From an uncultured Acidimicrobiia bacterium (GTDB lineage: Bacteria > Acidobacteriota > Terriglobia > Versatilivoradales > Versatilivoraceae): DNA of 64,000 bases. Below are positions 28,134-38,356 of this stretch, piece after piece. The notes beneath the pieces were generated by a model that saw nothing but the letters and a program-made list of their open reading frames with translations, was not told where the DNA came from and ran no database searches. The position numbers and the translations under genes were made by a program. The stretch is taken from NCBI GenBank assembly GCA_963786955.1, contig CAWBAT010000006.1, positions 896,001-960,000 of the forward strand, given 5' to 3'. Position 1 is the first letter of the stretch. Each line of letters opens with the position of its first letter.

Positions 28134-30365
28134 ATGTCTATGGACGAGAAGAAGATAGCAAGAATTGATTTGGTGGGTTCAAAAGCAGTAATGCGCACTC
28201 CTGGTCAAAAGCCAGGTTCATCCATTCCCCTACAGTTACGTTCTCGAAGCGTTTATCAAGAGGGAACGATCAATGTTCGGGAGATTGTTGAAAAACTTCT
28301 TAAGAGGAAGTTTCAAATTTTTGCGGTAGCCTTCTTAGTTCTAATTCCGACTGCTATAGCCACGTTTGTGGCCACCCCTCTTTACCGGTCTACGGCCATC
28401 CTTCAGTTCAACCTGGATGATGCTCAAGCCCTTCCGTATCGAGATATCGCGGCGTCTGGGGCTAGCGCAGGAAGCTATGAAAGCGCATTGATGACGCAAG
28501 AACAAGTTCTCAAAAGCCCAGTTCTGGTTAACCGTGTCGTGCAGCGGTTGAGTTCGGAACTAAAAAGTAGCCCAAACAATGTGGAGCATGAACTGCTGAA
28601 ACAGAAATTTGAGATCAAGCGAATCGCAGCCAGCCAGCTTCTTCAAATTACCTGGCTAGGACCTACTCCTGCACTCGCGGCGAAAGTCGTAAACCTCTAC
28701 ACGGAGGAGTACATCAGGCAACATTTGGAGTCTCGTCAGGCAGGTCGGGAAAAGGCTCGCCAGGGACTTGCTCGGGAATTGGAAAGTCTCGAAAAAAAGG
28801 TCCAACTTTCCGAGAAAGAACTCGTCCACTATGCGCGAGACAACAATATCATGGCCGTTGAACCCGGGAGAGACCTGGTTGAGAAGAAACTAGTCGTAGT
28901 GGACCAGCAGGTTGCGGAAATTGAGGCGGAACTTGCTGTTACCAGGTCTCGCATGGAAGCTGTTCAGAAGGCATCAGTCAAAGAATTTCCAGAGAAATAT
29001 GTAACTCCCATCGTGCAGAGCCTTACGTCCACACTTCTTCAGTTAGAGCATGACCTCAATGCTTTGCGAGCCAGTTTCGGCGAGAACTGGCCCGCGGTAA
29101 TTCAAAAACGCAGTGAGCTCGCTCTGGTTCGTAATCAGTTGGAAAGGGAGAAGTCCTTGGTTCTGGCTCAAGCTCGGGAGCAGGCGCGGCTGGACCTGGA
29201 AACCGTTGAAGGCAGATACCGAAGGATGGCAGCGTCACTTTCTGAACAAAAGGGCCATGTGGGTCGTTTCCAGAATGCGTCTATTCAATACAATATATTG
29301 CAACGCGAAGTTGAGACCAACAAGAAGCTTTACGAAGGACTTCTCGAACGATTAAAGCAGACCGGTGTGATGGCGGGACTTGAGTTTGGGAATATTCAGG
29401 TCATTGAGCCTGCACTTGCGGCTCCGATCGCAGATAGCCCCAAGATCTTGTGGAACCTTGGATTAGCCTCTTTCCTGGGCCTGGCTTTAGGTTTCTGCGT
29501 TGCCTTCTTCGTGGACTTCTGGGACAACTCGATTTCAACTTTGGAAGAAATTGAAGAACTCGCTGCCCTCCCAGTGCTCGGCTCCGTACCGCTCATATCA
29601 TTTGCAGGGTCTGACCGATTGTCCCTCGTAGCAGGCTGGAAAAGGGCTCTCTTGCCCAAGACGGAAACCCATCTGGTTCATCCAGCCTCTAATCATTCAG
29701 TTCAGCCGGGGAGCGTGCCACCAGGCATTACTGAGGCTATCAGAAACGTTTGTGCCTCCATCCTCCTTTCCAGCTCAAAGGGAGAGCCTCGCGTCATTGT
29801 GGTGACTTCAGCCGAACCAGCAGAAGGGAAAACTACAATTGCCAGCCAGCTCGGCCTGGCCTTGGCTGATTATGGCAAGAGTACCCTTCTCATAGAAGGG
29901 GACTTGCGTAGGCAAAGTCTGTCAAAGTTGTTCGGTGTGGGCAATGAAGAGGGTCTTAGTTTGTTTCTGTCCGGGCACGTGAACCCCCTTCCGAAAATCC
30001 ACCCCACCGGCAACCCGAATCTCTTCATAGTAGCTGCCGGTCCAAAACCTCCCAATCCTCAAGCGCTCCTCGGCTCCGAGAAGATGGGTTCCTTTCTGAA
30101 TGAGATGGCATCGCTTTTCAAGTTCGTCATAATCGATTCTCCCCCCCTCCTGGCCGTCTCAGACGCGCGAGCTTTAGCTGCCAAATCCGACGGTGTGGTT
30201 CTAGTAGTCAGGGCTGGGCATACCCCCAAGAGTCTAATTCTACAAGCCTCGGCTCTTCTCGAGAATTTCGGTGCCAATACTATCGGTGTCGTGTTGAATG
30301 GAGCAAGCTTCAATAACAGATCCGCTTACTATAACGCCTATTACCAAGCGACGACAGACGCATGA
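28134..30365 (+). CDS. wzc: polysaccharide co-polymerase / tyrosine autokinase
   Basis: Two TM helices, coiled coil, Walker A AEPAEGKTT, IIDSPP, C-terminal Tyr cluster AYYNAYY. Confidence 0.93.
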   Translation: MSMDEKKIARIDLVGSKAVMRTPGQKPGSSIPLQLRSRSVYQEGTINVREIVEKLLKRKFQIFAVAFLVLIPTAIATFVATPLYRSTAILQFNLDDAQALPYRDIAASGASAGSYESALMTQEQVLKSPVLVNRVVQRLSSELKSSPNNVEHELLKQKFEIKRIAASQLLQITWLGPTPALAAKVVNLYTEEYIRQHLESRQAGREKARQGLARELESLEKKVQLSEKELVHYARDNNIMAVEPGRDLVEKKLVVVDQQVAEIEAELAVTRSRMEAVQKASVKEFPEKYVTPIVQSLTSTLLQLEHDLNALRASFGENWPAVIQKRSELALVRNQLEREKSLVLAQAREQARLDLETVEGRYRRMAASLSEQKGHVGRFQNASIQYNILQREVETNKKLYEGLLERLKQTGVMAGLEFGNIQVIEPALAAPIADSPKILWNLGLASFLGLALGFCVAFFVDFWDNSISTLEEIEELAALPVLGSVPLISFAGSDRLSLVAGWKRALLPKTETHLVHPASNHSVQPGSVPPGITEAIRNVCASILLSSSKGEPRVIVVTSAEPAEGKTTIASQLGLALADYGKSTLLIEGDLRRQSLSKLFGVGNEEGLSLFLSGHVNPLPKIHPTGNPNLFIVAAGPKPPNPQALLGSEKMGSFLNEMASLFKFVIIDSPPLLAVSDARALAAKSDGVVLVVRAGHTPKSLILQASALLENFGANTIGVVLNGASFNNRSAYYNAYYQATTDA

Positions 30366-30606
30366 CATCAGGCTCTCCTTATCCATGAGATCCCATCATG
30401 ATAGCGCTCGCAATAATGAAATTTGCGTGAGAATTATACACTCGACTTATTAGCTATCTTCAATTTGAGCCGGCGTGCTTTTCATGCAGACAGACAGTAG
30501 AAAATGACTGATAGCAAATAATGTCAACCCTCACTTCGAATTGTGATTGAAGTAGCCGTCGTTCTGTCTCGCCAACTCCTTCCTTAGATCACTTGGCAAG
30601 CGCTCC

Positions 30607-31365
30607 TTGTGTCCCACAACGCTTTCTCAATTGCAGCTTTACCTCAGACGTCAAGCCTCCAGTCCGGCCCGGTATTTTCTCGAGCAAATATTGCTTGAAT
30701 CATTTGGGTGGATACCGACCTTGGCTGGGGTCGGCCTTAGATCTTTGGCCTATCGTCTAATCCTTACGATGAACGGCCTAGCAGCAATCGAAAAAGGCGT
30801 CAAAATCCGCTTTGCCAAGAACATCACTTTGGATCAAGGAGCCTACATCGATCAGGGGGTTTACCTGCATGCTTGTCCAAATGGCATTCGAATTGGCAAG
30901 AACTCGCTGGTGATGCATGGCTCCGTCTTGCACGTGTACAACTTTCGGGGCATTCCCCACTCAGGAATCCGGATCGGGGATAATAGCCTCATCGGCGAGT
31001 ATAACGTCATCCGGGGGCAGGGTGGCGTCAGGATAGGGGATAGGGTTTATACATCTCCCATGGTTCAGATTGTTGCCGTGAACCACGTCTTCGACGATCC
31101 TGGGCGACCTTTTGTGAAGCAGGGTATCACCGCCCAAGGGATCACCATCGAAGACGATGTCTGGATTGGATCGGGCGCCATTGTGACTGATGGAGTAACA
31201 ATTGGGCAAGGATCCGTTGTAGCCGCCGGTTCCGTTGTGACTCGCAATGTAGCCCCTCACACCGTCGTCGCTGGGGCGCCGGCCAGACTCATCCGGAGAA
31301 TTGGAGACTCGCCTCAAAGAGCAGGGCAACTTGAAATTTACTCCGAGGAGAAAGCCCATGGATAA
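30607..31365 (+). CDS. hexapeptide-repeat O-acyltransferase
   Basis: [43 protein letters not shown]. Confidence 0.9.
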   Translation: MCPTTLSQLQLYLRRQASSPARYFLEQILLESFGWIPTLAGVGLRSLAYRLILTMNGLAAIEKGVKIRFAKNITLDQGAYIDQGVYLHACPNGIRIGKNSLVMHGSVLHVYNFRGIPHSGIRIGDNSLIGEYNVIRGQGGVRIGDRVYTSPMVQIVAVNHVFDDPGRPFVKQGITAQGITIEDDVWIGSGAIVTDGVTIGQGSVVAAGSVVTRNVAPHTVVAGAPARLIRRIGDSPQRAGQLEIYSEEKAHG

Positions 31366-32677
31366 ATATCCTCACGGCCTGTCTGGCAATACAATCGGCG
31401 CTGAGAAGGCCGGAAATCTGACACTTTCCGTAATCATCCCGGCCTTGAACGAGGAAGACGGGATAAGTGACATTGTAGAAAGCGTTTTGGCCCTAAGAAA
31501 GGATTTAAAGTCTATCGGGATCACAGGTCTTGAGGTGATTGTTGTCGATGACGGATCAGTTGATGCAACGGCCCAGATCGTTGAAGAAATCAAAGGCGCG
31601 CAACTTGTGAGGCACTCGGTTAACCGGGGATATGGAGCAGCAATCAAAACTGGCTTTGGCCGGGCCAGCGGCAAACTCCTCGCTTTCTTGGATGCCGACA
31701 GTACCTATCCCGCGGAGTGCATCGTCAAATTATGCGAAGTAGCTTTCCTTGAGCAGGCAGATGTTGTCATCGGTTCGCGCCGGTCGGGGTCTGAGAGCCG
31801 CATGCCACCTATCCGGCGTTTTGGGAATCTGATTTGGTCCGCGCTGCTTAGCTTGATTGGAAATTCCAGGGTTGAAGACCCCGCCAGCGGCATGCGTGTC
31901 CTCCGGCGTGATTGCCTGCGGCAGTTATATCCTTTGCCGGACGGCCTGAACTTCACCCCGGTCATGAGCACGCGAGCTTTGCATGAAGGGCTCAAGGTAG
32001 TGGAGATTCCCATACCTTATGGTGAACGGTCGGGTCGGTCTAAGTTAAGTGTGATCAAGGACGGCACCCGATTTCTGAAGACTATTCTTTGGACAGCGCT
32101 TCAGTATAACCCGGCACGAATTATGGAATTGGCCGGATTTGGAGCGCTCACCCTTGCCGGATTAATCGGGTTGCTCTTGATCATTGCCCGGGTTCAAGGG
32201 ATTACAACTTTAGGACCATGGGGCGTGTTTGCAGTATTCACCAGCCTGGTAATGTCGGTGGGCGGCGTCAGCGTTTTTTCGCTGGGGATCTCCTTCAACT
32301 ATCTTGTTGCTTTGTTCCACGAACGACCAATCCGGCAAGCGAGCCTAGTGGCCAGAATCATGGGTCCCTCGCCAGAACAGCACTTCGGCTGGATCGGTCT
32401 GGGCTTATGTATTATGGGAACTATCTTTGCAAGTGCCAGCTTGCTGCTAGGATTTCATGGCTGGGAGATCACTCGGCTGTGGCTATGGCTCTTGGGTAGC
32501 GCTCTCTTCCTCCTGGTGGGTATCCAATTGACACTTTTCTGGATGTTGATTCGGGTGCTGGGCACCTTAATCGAGCGGGAGGAAAAAATTGGGGAAGATT
32601 TAATGGTCGAAGAAATTCCAGTGTCTCCAATCAATGCCACTCAGCGTCCTCTGATGACTGGGTCCGGCCTGCACTAA
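31358..32677 (+). CDS. GT2 (DPM1/GtrB/ArnC-like) with C-terminal TM helices
   Basis: [41 protein letters not shown], four C-terminal hydrophobic helices. Confidence 0.9.
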   Translation: MDKYPHGLSGNTIGAEKAGNLTLSVIIPALNEEDGISDIVESVLALRKDLKSIGITGLEVIVVDDGSVDATAQIVEEIKGAQLVRHSVNRGYGAAIKTGFGRASGKLLAFLDADSTYPAECIVKLCEVAFLEQADVVIGSRRSGSESRMPPIRRFGNLIWSALLSLIGNSRVEDPASGMRVLRRDCLRQLYPLPDGLNFTPVMSTRALHEGLKVVEIPIPYGERSGRSKLSVIKDGTRFLKTILWTALQYNPARIMELAGFGALTLAGLIGLLLIIARVQGITTLGPWGVFAVFTSLVMSVGGVSVFSLGISFNYLVALFHERPIRQASLVARIMGPSPEQHFGWIGLGLCIMGTIFASASLLLGFHGWEITRLWLWLLGSALFLLVGIQLTLFWMLIRVLGTLIEREEKIGEDLMVEEIPVSPINATQRPLMTGSGLH

Positions 32678-32704
32678 ACTGGCTTAACGTGAAAGGAGTC
32701 TGCT

Positions 32705-34432
32705 TTGAAACTATCCAGTGCTGACCAAACCGGAACCCTCAACGACTTGAGGCATAATTTGGGAACTCGTCCTGTGAGGTCTTTGAAATCCGCTCAGTTT
32801 CCCGATGCTGGTGCAGCCGTCAGGAATCTTACTCCCGGTCGATCCAAACAGGCAGTGGATGTTTTGCTTGTCAACCCACCTTCGCCCGACGGCGGAATTT
32901 GGATTCGCACACAGCACCGTGTTGGGCGGCGAAGCCGGGAAGAAATGGTCTGGCCTCAGTGCTCGCTGGCCCAACTGGCCGCGATGCTCCAGCCCACCTA
33001 TTCGGTAGCCATAGTCGACGCGATCGCTGAAAGGATGAGCTGGAGTGAATTTGAGGCCCTGTTGCGACAAACGTCCCCCAGGTATTACCTGACCCAGGCA
33101 ACCGCCCCAACTCTGACAAACGACATGTATGGCGTGATGCTTGCCAAAAGTCTTGGCGCAAGAACTATTGCGTTTGGTACCCACGTTACGCCCATGCCCT
33201 TTGAGACCATGCGGGATTACCCAGCCCTGGATTTGATCCTCAGGGGTGAACCTGAACTCACATTTCGGGAATTGATCGATGGACTCGATGGAAAGTACTC
33301 GGGTCAGCCTGACTGGCTTGTCCGGCTCTTAAAGAAGACTGACTCCCAATGGCAACCTCCCGTTTCTCGGATTCAGTCACAAGACCGATTGGATCTTTCC
33401 GGAATCAAGGGACTTGTGTGGAGAAATCAAGGAGAAATACAACAGAATGTCGACAGAGGCTTCATTCCAAACCTGGACGACCTGCCGTTGCCGATGTACG
33501 ATCGCCTTCCTCTCGAAGCCTATCGTATGCCGCTCATGAAGGGACCGTTTTGTTTCGTGTTGACCAGCCGGGGTTGCCCCGCAGGATGTAAATACTGCAT
33601 CAAACACGTTTCTTACCAGTGGTCCGTGAGGCTACTGTCTCCAGAACGTATTCTGCAGGAAATTCGCATTCTGTATGACATGGGGATTCGAAATATTCAC
33701 ATGTATGCCGACCTGTTCACGGTGAACCGTGAACAAGTCATGGGCCTTTGCAACTTAATATTAGAGGAGAACCTGAAGATTAGATGGACCTGCAACAGCC
33801 GCGTCGATTACGTCGATGAGGAGATGTTGACACTGATGGGACGAGCGGGTTGCTGGATGATTGCCTGGGGCATAGAAAGTGGGAATGAAATCATCCTGAG
33901 AAGGGCGGCTAAAGGGGCTAATCCGAAAAAGGCCCACCAGGCTCTTACTTGGGCGCGAAAAGCGGGAATCAAAAACTGGGGCTACTTCATTATTGGATTG
34001 CCAGGAGAAACCGTAGAGACGATTCGCGAGACCATTGATCTCTCGAAGAGCCTCCCATTGGAGATTGCTCTCTTTCATGTGGCCGCTCCTTATCCGGGAA
34101 CACCCTTTTTCTTTGAAGTGGTTGAGAACGGTTGGTTTAAAGAGGGGACCCAATGGGAACAGGTGGACATGGATAAGGGGACGGTCCTGCAATACGAGAA
34201 TCTTTCGGCTGAAGATCTGCTGTATTGGCAGCGCCGCGCCTTTCGAGAATGGGCATTTCGCCCAGGGCCCGCCTTCACTTACTTGAAGATGCTACTAAGC
34301 GATCCCCGAACATTTAAGCGTGCGGTTCAGGTTGGCATAGATCACCTTCGTTGGGCGTTTGGCGGTTCTAAACCGTCGGCAAGTCATGAGTCAGTCGGGG
34401 GCGGCACGACCGTCGAAAAGCAATATTCCTAG
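32705..34432 (+). CDS. cobalamin-binding radical SAM protein
   Basis: LLVNPP and GTHVT..RGEPE B12-binding domain; SRGCPAGCKYC CxxxCxxC; GIESG, FIIGLPGET, PYPGT. Confidence 0.93.
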   Translation: MKLSSADQTGTLNDLRHNLGTRPVRSLKSAQFPDAGAAVRNLTPGRSKQAVDVLLVNPPSPDGGIWIRTQHRVGRRSREEMVWPQCSLAQLAAMLQPTYSVAIVDAIAERMSWSEFEALLRQTSPRYYLTQATAPTLTNDMYGVMLAKSLGARTIAFGTHVTPMPFETMRDYPALDLILRGEPELTFRELIDGLDGKYSGQPDWLVRLLKKTDSQWQPPVSRIQSQDRLDLSGIKGLVWRNQGEIQQNVDRGFIPNLDDLPLPMYDRLPLEAYRMPLMKGPFCFVLTSRGCPAGCKYCIKHVSYQWSVRLLSPERILQEIRILYDMGIRNIHMYADLFTVNREQVMGLCNLILEENLKIRWTCNSRVDYVDEEMLTLMGRAGCWMIAWGIESGNEIILRRAAKGANPKKAHQALTWARKAGIKNWGYFIIGLPGETVETIRETIDLSKSLPLEIALFHVAAPYPGTPFFFEVVENGWFKEGTQWEQVDMDKGTVLQYENLSAEDLLYWQRRAFREWAFRPGPAFTYLKMLLSDPRTFKRAVQVGIDHLRWAFGGSKPSASHESVGGGTTVEKQYS

Positions 34433-35867
34433 GAGTTTTCTCATTTCTCAGCCTGTAGAATTGTTGCGTACGAAGAATTGCAAGGCGTGGACGGCACTGG
34501 TGTGCATACTTTTAGCGGCTGTTTCGGCTGGCCTGTCCCTTCCCATTCAAATCTACCTGATGATCATCGGTGGGCTCGCTACTCTTGGTACTGTTCTGGT
34601 TGCCCTTCTCGTTCAGACCAGGAATCCCACGCTGGGATTTGCGGGCCTCATTTTGACAGCGGCGGCGTTTCCATTCGAATTTCATGGCCCATCCAAATCC
34701 ATTCTGAGTTTCCCCTTTTTGATTGCAACCTATCTCTGTATAGGGTGGATTGTGGCACTTCTCGCCCGCAGTCACCATCAAGGGCTCGACTCCTCCCGCG
34801 TGGTGTATGCGGTGCTGGCTTTCATGATCGCGTCCATTATTTCTTTTGTGGCTGGACAGTATCCGTGGTTTCCAGTGGAGGGTGCGCCGTTGGGGGCTCA
34901 ATTGGCGGGTTTGGGACTCTTTCTTTTATCCGGCGGGCTCTTTCTGGCTGTCGGACATCAAGTCAGGAATCTTGCCCAGCTGAGGTGGCTTACCTGGTTG
35001 TTCCTGGGTGCAGGAGCGGTGAGCTGTTTTGCAGATGTTTTCTGGCTGGACTTCGTGAGCCGATGGACAAAGCCCGGATCCCTTGGCAGCCTGTTTTGGA
35101 CATGGCTTGTGGCTTTGAGTTTTAGCCAGGCCGCCTTCAATCTGCAATTGTCCCGGGCCACGAGAATATCCCTATACTGTTTGACTGGGCTGAGCCTTTA
35201 TCGCGGTTTTTTTCAATCCTTCGACTGGGCCTCTGGCTGGCTGCCACCACTGATTTCATTCGGAGTTGTCCTTTTCTTCCGGTTACCTAGAATTGCTCTA
35301 GGTCTGGCCTTGCTAGCAGCTCCATTGGGTTTGTTTCTTTCCACGGTATTACGGGAAGCCGTTGATGCCCATGAGCGATATAGCCTTTTGACCCGACTTG
35401 AAGCCTTGAGTGTATTAGGGGATGTTTTAGAAAAGAGTCCATTGATTGGTCTGGGCCCGGCCAACTACTTCCATTACGCAGCATTATTCCCAATCCTTGG
35501 ATGGTATACGAATTTCAGTTCTCATAACAACTACGTGGACTTGCTTGCACAAGTAGGCTTACTTGGTTTTCTTGCTTTTTGTTGGTTTATTTTTGAAATG
35601 GTTCAGTTGAGCTTGCGTGTGTACTCTTCCGTGCCTGGTGGCTTTGCACAGGCCTATCTTATTGGTTCCATAGGTGGTTTGGCCGGATCATTAGCTTCCG
35701 GGATGCTTGCCGACTGGATCATCCCTTTCTTCTACAATATTGGCATCCGGGGGTTCCGTTCGAGCTTATTGTTCTGGGTCTTCCTGGGAGGAATCCTCGC
35801 ACTGAAGCGAATTGTCTCCAATCCATTGGATGAACTAGAGCATTCGATGTCTTGTGAACCGCTTTAG
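34359..35867 (+). CDS. O-antigen ligase/polymerase family (Wzy_C) membrane protein
   Basis: Multi-TM; PLIGLGPANY and SSHNNYVDLLAQVGLLG motif; true start probably downstream of 34359. Confidence 0.85.
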   Translation: MAVLNRRQVMSQSGAARPSKSNIPRSFLISQPVELLRTKNCKAWTALVCILLAAVSAGLSLPIQIYLMIIGGLATLGTVLVALLVQTRNPTLGFAGLILTAAAFPFEFHGPSKSILSFPFLIATYLCIGWIVALLARSHHQGLDSSRVVYAVLAFMIASIISFVAGQYPWFPVEGAPLGAQLAGLGLFLLSGGLFLAVGHQVRNLAQLRWLTWLFLGAGAVSCFADVFWLDFVSRWTKPGSLGSLFWTWLVALSFSQAAFNLQLSRATRISLYCLTGLSLYRGFFQSFDWASGWLPPLISFGVVLFFRLPRIALGLALLAAPLGLFLSTVLREAVDAHERYSLLTRLEALSVLGDVLEKSPLIGLGPANYFHYAALFPILGWYTNFSSHNNYVDLLAQVGLLGFLAFCWFIFEMVQLSLRVYSSVPGGFAQAYLIGSIGGLAGSLASGMLADWIIPFFYNIGIRGFRSSLLFWVFLGGILALKRIVSNPLDELEHSMSCEPL

Positions 35868-35873
35868 GTACGG

Positions 35874-37061
35874 ATGCGCATCCTCTTCCTTTCTCAGCTT
35901 CTCCCGCTGCCCCTGGATGCCGGTCCGAAGATACGAGCATTCTACGTATTACGCTACTTGGCCGAAGCAGGTCATGAGCTGACACTCTTGTGTTTCACTC
36001 GGCCCGGAGACGATGAGCGGAACCTCCAACGGCTCCGTGGAATTTGCCATTCTGTTGAGACTGTTCCCCTGATTCGGTCGCGATCCAAAGATTTCTCCAA
36101 TGGACTTCATAGCCTCTTTTCAGCAACTCCGTTTCTTATTCTTCGGGATCAATTGCCATCGATGCGGCAAAAACTTGAACAGATCATGAACCGCCGCTCA
36201 TTTGACGCGCTGCATGCCGATCAACTCTGGATGTCTCCTTACATCATGGAAACCAGTGGCCCCTCTCTCAAGGTATTGGATCAGCACAATGCGGTCTTCA
36301 TGATCCCACGCCGGTTGGCGGACTGCACGGGCAACCCCCTTGCAAAAGCTCTCTTGCGCGAAGAAGCATCAAAGCTCGAGACCTTCGAGCGCCGTGTTTG
36401 CAAAATATTCGACCGAGTTGTCTGGGTCAGCAAAGAAGACCAGAAAGCTGTAGGCTCCCCGGGTGAAGACCAGCACTCTCGGGAATGTATTATCCCAATT
36501 GCCACCGAGCCTTTCACAAAGCTGCCCTTGCGACGCCAACAACCTTTTCGAGTGACTTTCGTGGGTGGTATGCATTGGCCACCCAACGCGGAAGGAATAG
36601 CCTGGTTTGTTAATAAAGTCTGGCCCAAGGTGACTCTTGCTGCGCCATCGGCAGTACTGACGCTGATCGGAAAAGGAACACCCAAAAAGCTTAGCCGCCT
36701 AGGACGGGGGTCGAATGTGGAGGTAGCGGGCTATGTGCCCAATCTCGAGCAGTATCTCTCCGAGACCGCAGCCTTTATCGTCCCTCTCCGCTCTGGTGCT
36801 GGCATGAGAGTCAAGATTCTGGATGCGTGGTCGTGGGGATTGCCAGTCGTCTCGACTTCATTGGGGGCCGAAGGGATAAAAATCGCCGCTGGTGAAAATC
36901 TGCTTGTCGCTGATGACGAGGAGTCCTTTGCGAATAGTCTTATCCAGGTGATGAGGGACCGTAACCTGGCCCGAAGACTTACCGAAAACGGGCGCACGAC
37001 GGTTGAGACACTTTACAACTGGAAAACTGTTTATAAGGCATGGGATCAAATCTACCACTGA
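35874..37061 (+). CDS. glycosyltransferase family 4
   Basis: PLPLDAGPKIR, WPPNAEG, PLRSGAGMRVKILDAWSWGLPVVST. Confidence 0.92.
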   Translation: MRILFLSQLLPLPLDAGPKIRAFYVLRYLAEAGHELTLLCFTRPGDDERNLQRLRGICHSVETVPLIRSRSKDFSNGLHSLFSATPFLILRDQLPSMRQKLEQIMNRRSFDALHADQLWMSPYIMETSGPSLKVLDQHNAVFMIPRRLADCTGNPLAKALLREEASKLETFERRVCKIFDRVVWVSKEDQKAVGSPGEDQHSRECIIPIATEPFTKLPLRRQQPFRVTFVGGMHWPPNAEGIAWFVNKVWPKVTLAAPSAVLTLIGKGTPKKLSRLGRGSNVEVAGYVPNLEQYLSETAAFIVPLRSGAGMRVKILDAWSWGLPVVSTSLGAEGIKIAAGENLLVADDEESFANSLIQVMRDRNLARRLTENGRTTVETLYNWKTVYKAWDQIYH

Positions 37062-38356
37062 AGATACTCTACGTTGTGCCCTATGTGCCCAGCCGTATCC
37101 GAACGCGTCCGTTTCATCTGATCAAAGCCCTCGCTTCGGAAGGACACCGAATTACACTGGCCGCATCCTGGACCAAACGGGAAGAATTTGCTGCGTTTCA
37201 GGAATTGGTCGGCCTTGAAAGTATTTTGGCCGAAAGAATTGCATTCAGCCGATCCCTGTGGAATTGCTTATGGGCTCTTCCCACGGCTCGTCCATTTCAG
37301 GCATCCTATAGCTGGTGCCCACAACTCGCCAAACGCATAACCGGCCTATTCAAAACAGAGGTTTTTGATGTTGTTCATGTCGAACACTTGCGCGGAGTTC
37401 GATATGCATTGCTTCTCAATGAAATCATCAAAGCCAGCAGCCACAAGCGGCCTCAACTGGTTTGGGACAGTGTTGATTGTATTAGTGGGCTGTTTCGTCA
37501 TGCAGCTCAAGAGAGCTCCACACTCCGGTCTCGGATCGCTGCCAGGCTCGAACTTGGTCGAACGGAGCAGCTTGAGGGATGGCTCACCACGCAGTTTGAC
37601 CGAATCCTCATGACCTCAGACTCGGACCGGCGCGAACTCCTGAAGTTGGCTGCCTATTGGCATCAGCAGAATGGAAATGGCAAAGCAGGCTTATTGGCTT
37701 CCCGCATCACGGTTGTCCCTAACGGCGTCGATCTGGAGTACTTTTCCCCAAGCGGAGAAGCCAGGGAGCCACTCACCTTGGTGATATCCGGCAAGATGAG
37801 CTACCACGCAAACATCACGGCAGTGCTGCGTTTTGTCAAAGAAGTAATGCCGAAAATCTGGGCCGCACTTCCTGAAACTCGGCTTTGGATTGTCGGGAAG
37901 AACCCTTCCCGGGCAATTCAGAAGCTAGGCATTCCCTGGGAGGAGAGCCAGAATATGAGTATCTCGCGAAATGGCAACAGCGAAACACGAATTCAGATCA
38001 CGGGTACTGTGACGGATATTCGGCCTTTTCTTCGCAGAGCGACTGTTGCTGTGGCCCCCATTCAATATGGTGTCGGCATTCAAAACAAAGTTCTCGAGGC
38101 AATGGCCTGTGGGACGCCGGTTGTAGCAACTCCCCAGGCGGTATCTGCTCTTCACGTGCAGTCGGACCGGGACCTCATCATAGCCGAAAACCCACAAGAC
38201 CTCGCAGACTCCATTATTTCCATGTTGAAGAATCCAAAACGTCGACTGAGATTGGGTCTGTCGGGTAGAAAGTATGTCGAACAGCAACACGAGTGGCGCT
38301 CCATTGCGCGCGATTTAACCGCGATTTATCAAGATGCCAGCTGTCATGTATCTTAA
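37040..38356 (+). CDS. glycosyltransferase family 4
   Basis: VPNGVDL, GKMSYHAN, GIQNKVLEAMACGTPVV. Confidence 0.92.
   Translation: MGSNLPLKILYVVPYVPSRIRTRPFHLIKALASEGHRITLAASWTKREEFAAFQELVGLESILAERIAFSRSLWNCLWALPTARPFQASYSWCPQLAKRITGLFKTEVFDVVHVEHLRGVRYALLLNEIIKASSHKRPQLVWDSVDCISGLFRHAAQESSTLRSRIAARLELGRTEQLEGWLTTQFDRILMTSDSDRRELLKLAAYWHQQNGNGKAGLLASRITVVPNGVDLEYFSPSGEAREPLTLVISGKMSYHANITAVLRFVKEVMPKIWAALPETRLWIVGKNPSRAIQKLGIPWEESQNMSISRNGNSETRIQITGTVTDIRPFLRRATVAVAPIQYGVGIQNKVLEAMACGTPVVATPQAVSALHVQSDRDLIIAENPQDLADSIISMLKNPKRRLRLGLSGRKYVEQQHEWRSIARDLTAIYQDASCHVS

Noticed and set aside
32705-34432. Hopanoid biosynthesis gene hpnJ or hpnP
   Set aside because: No other hpn or shc genes nearby; the similarity is family-level only and the context is glycan synthesis
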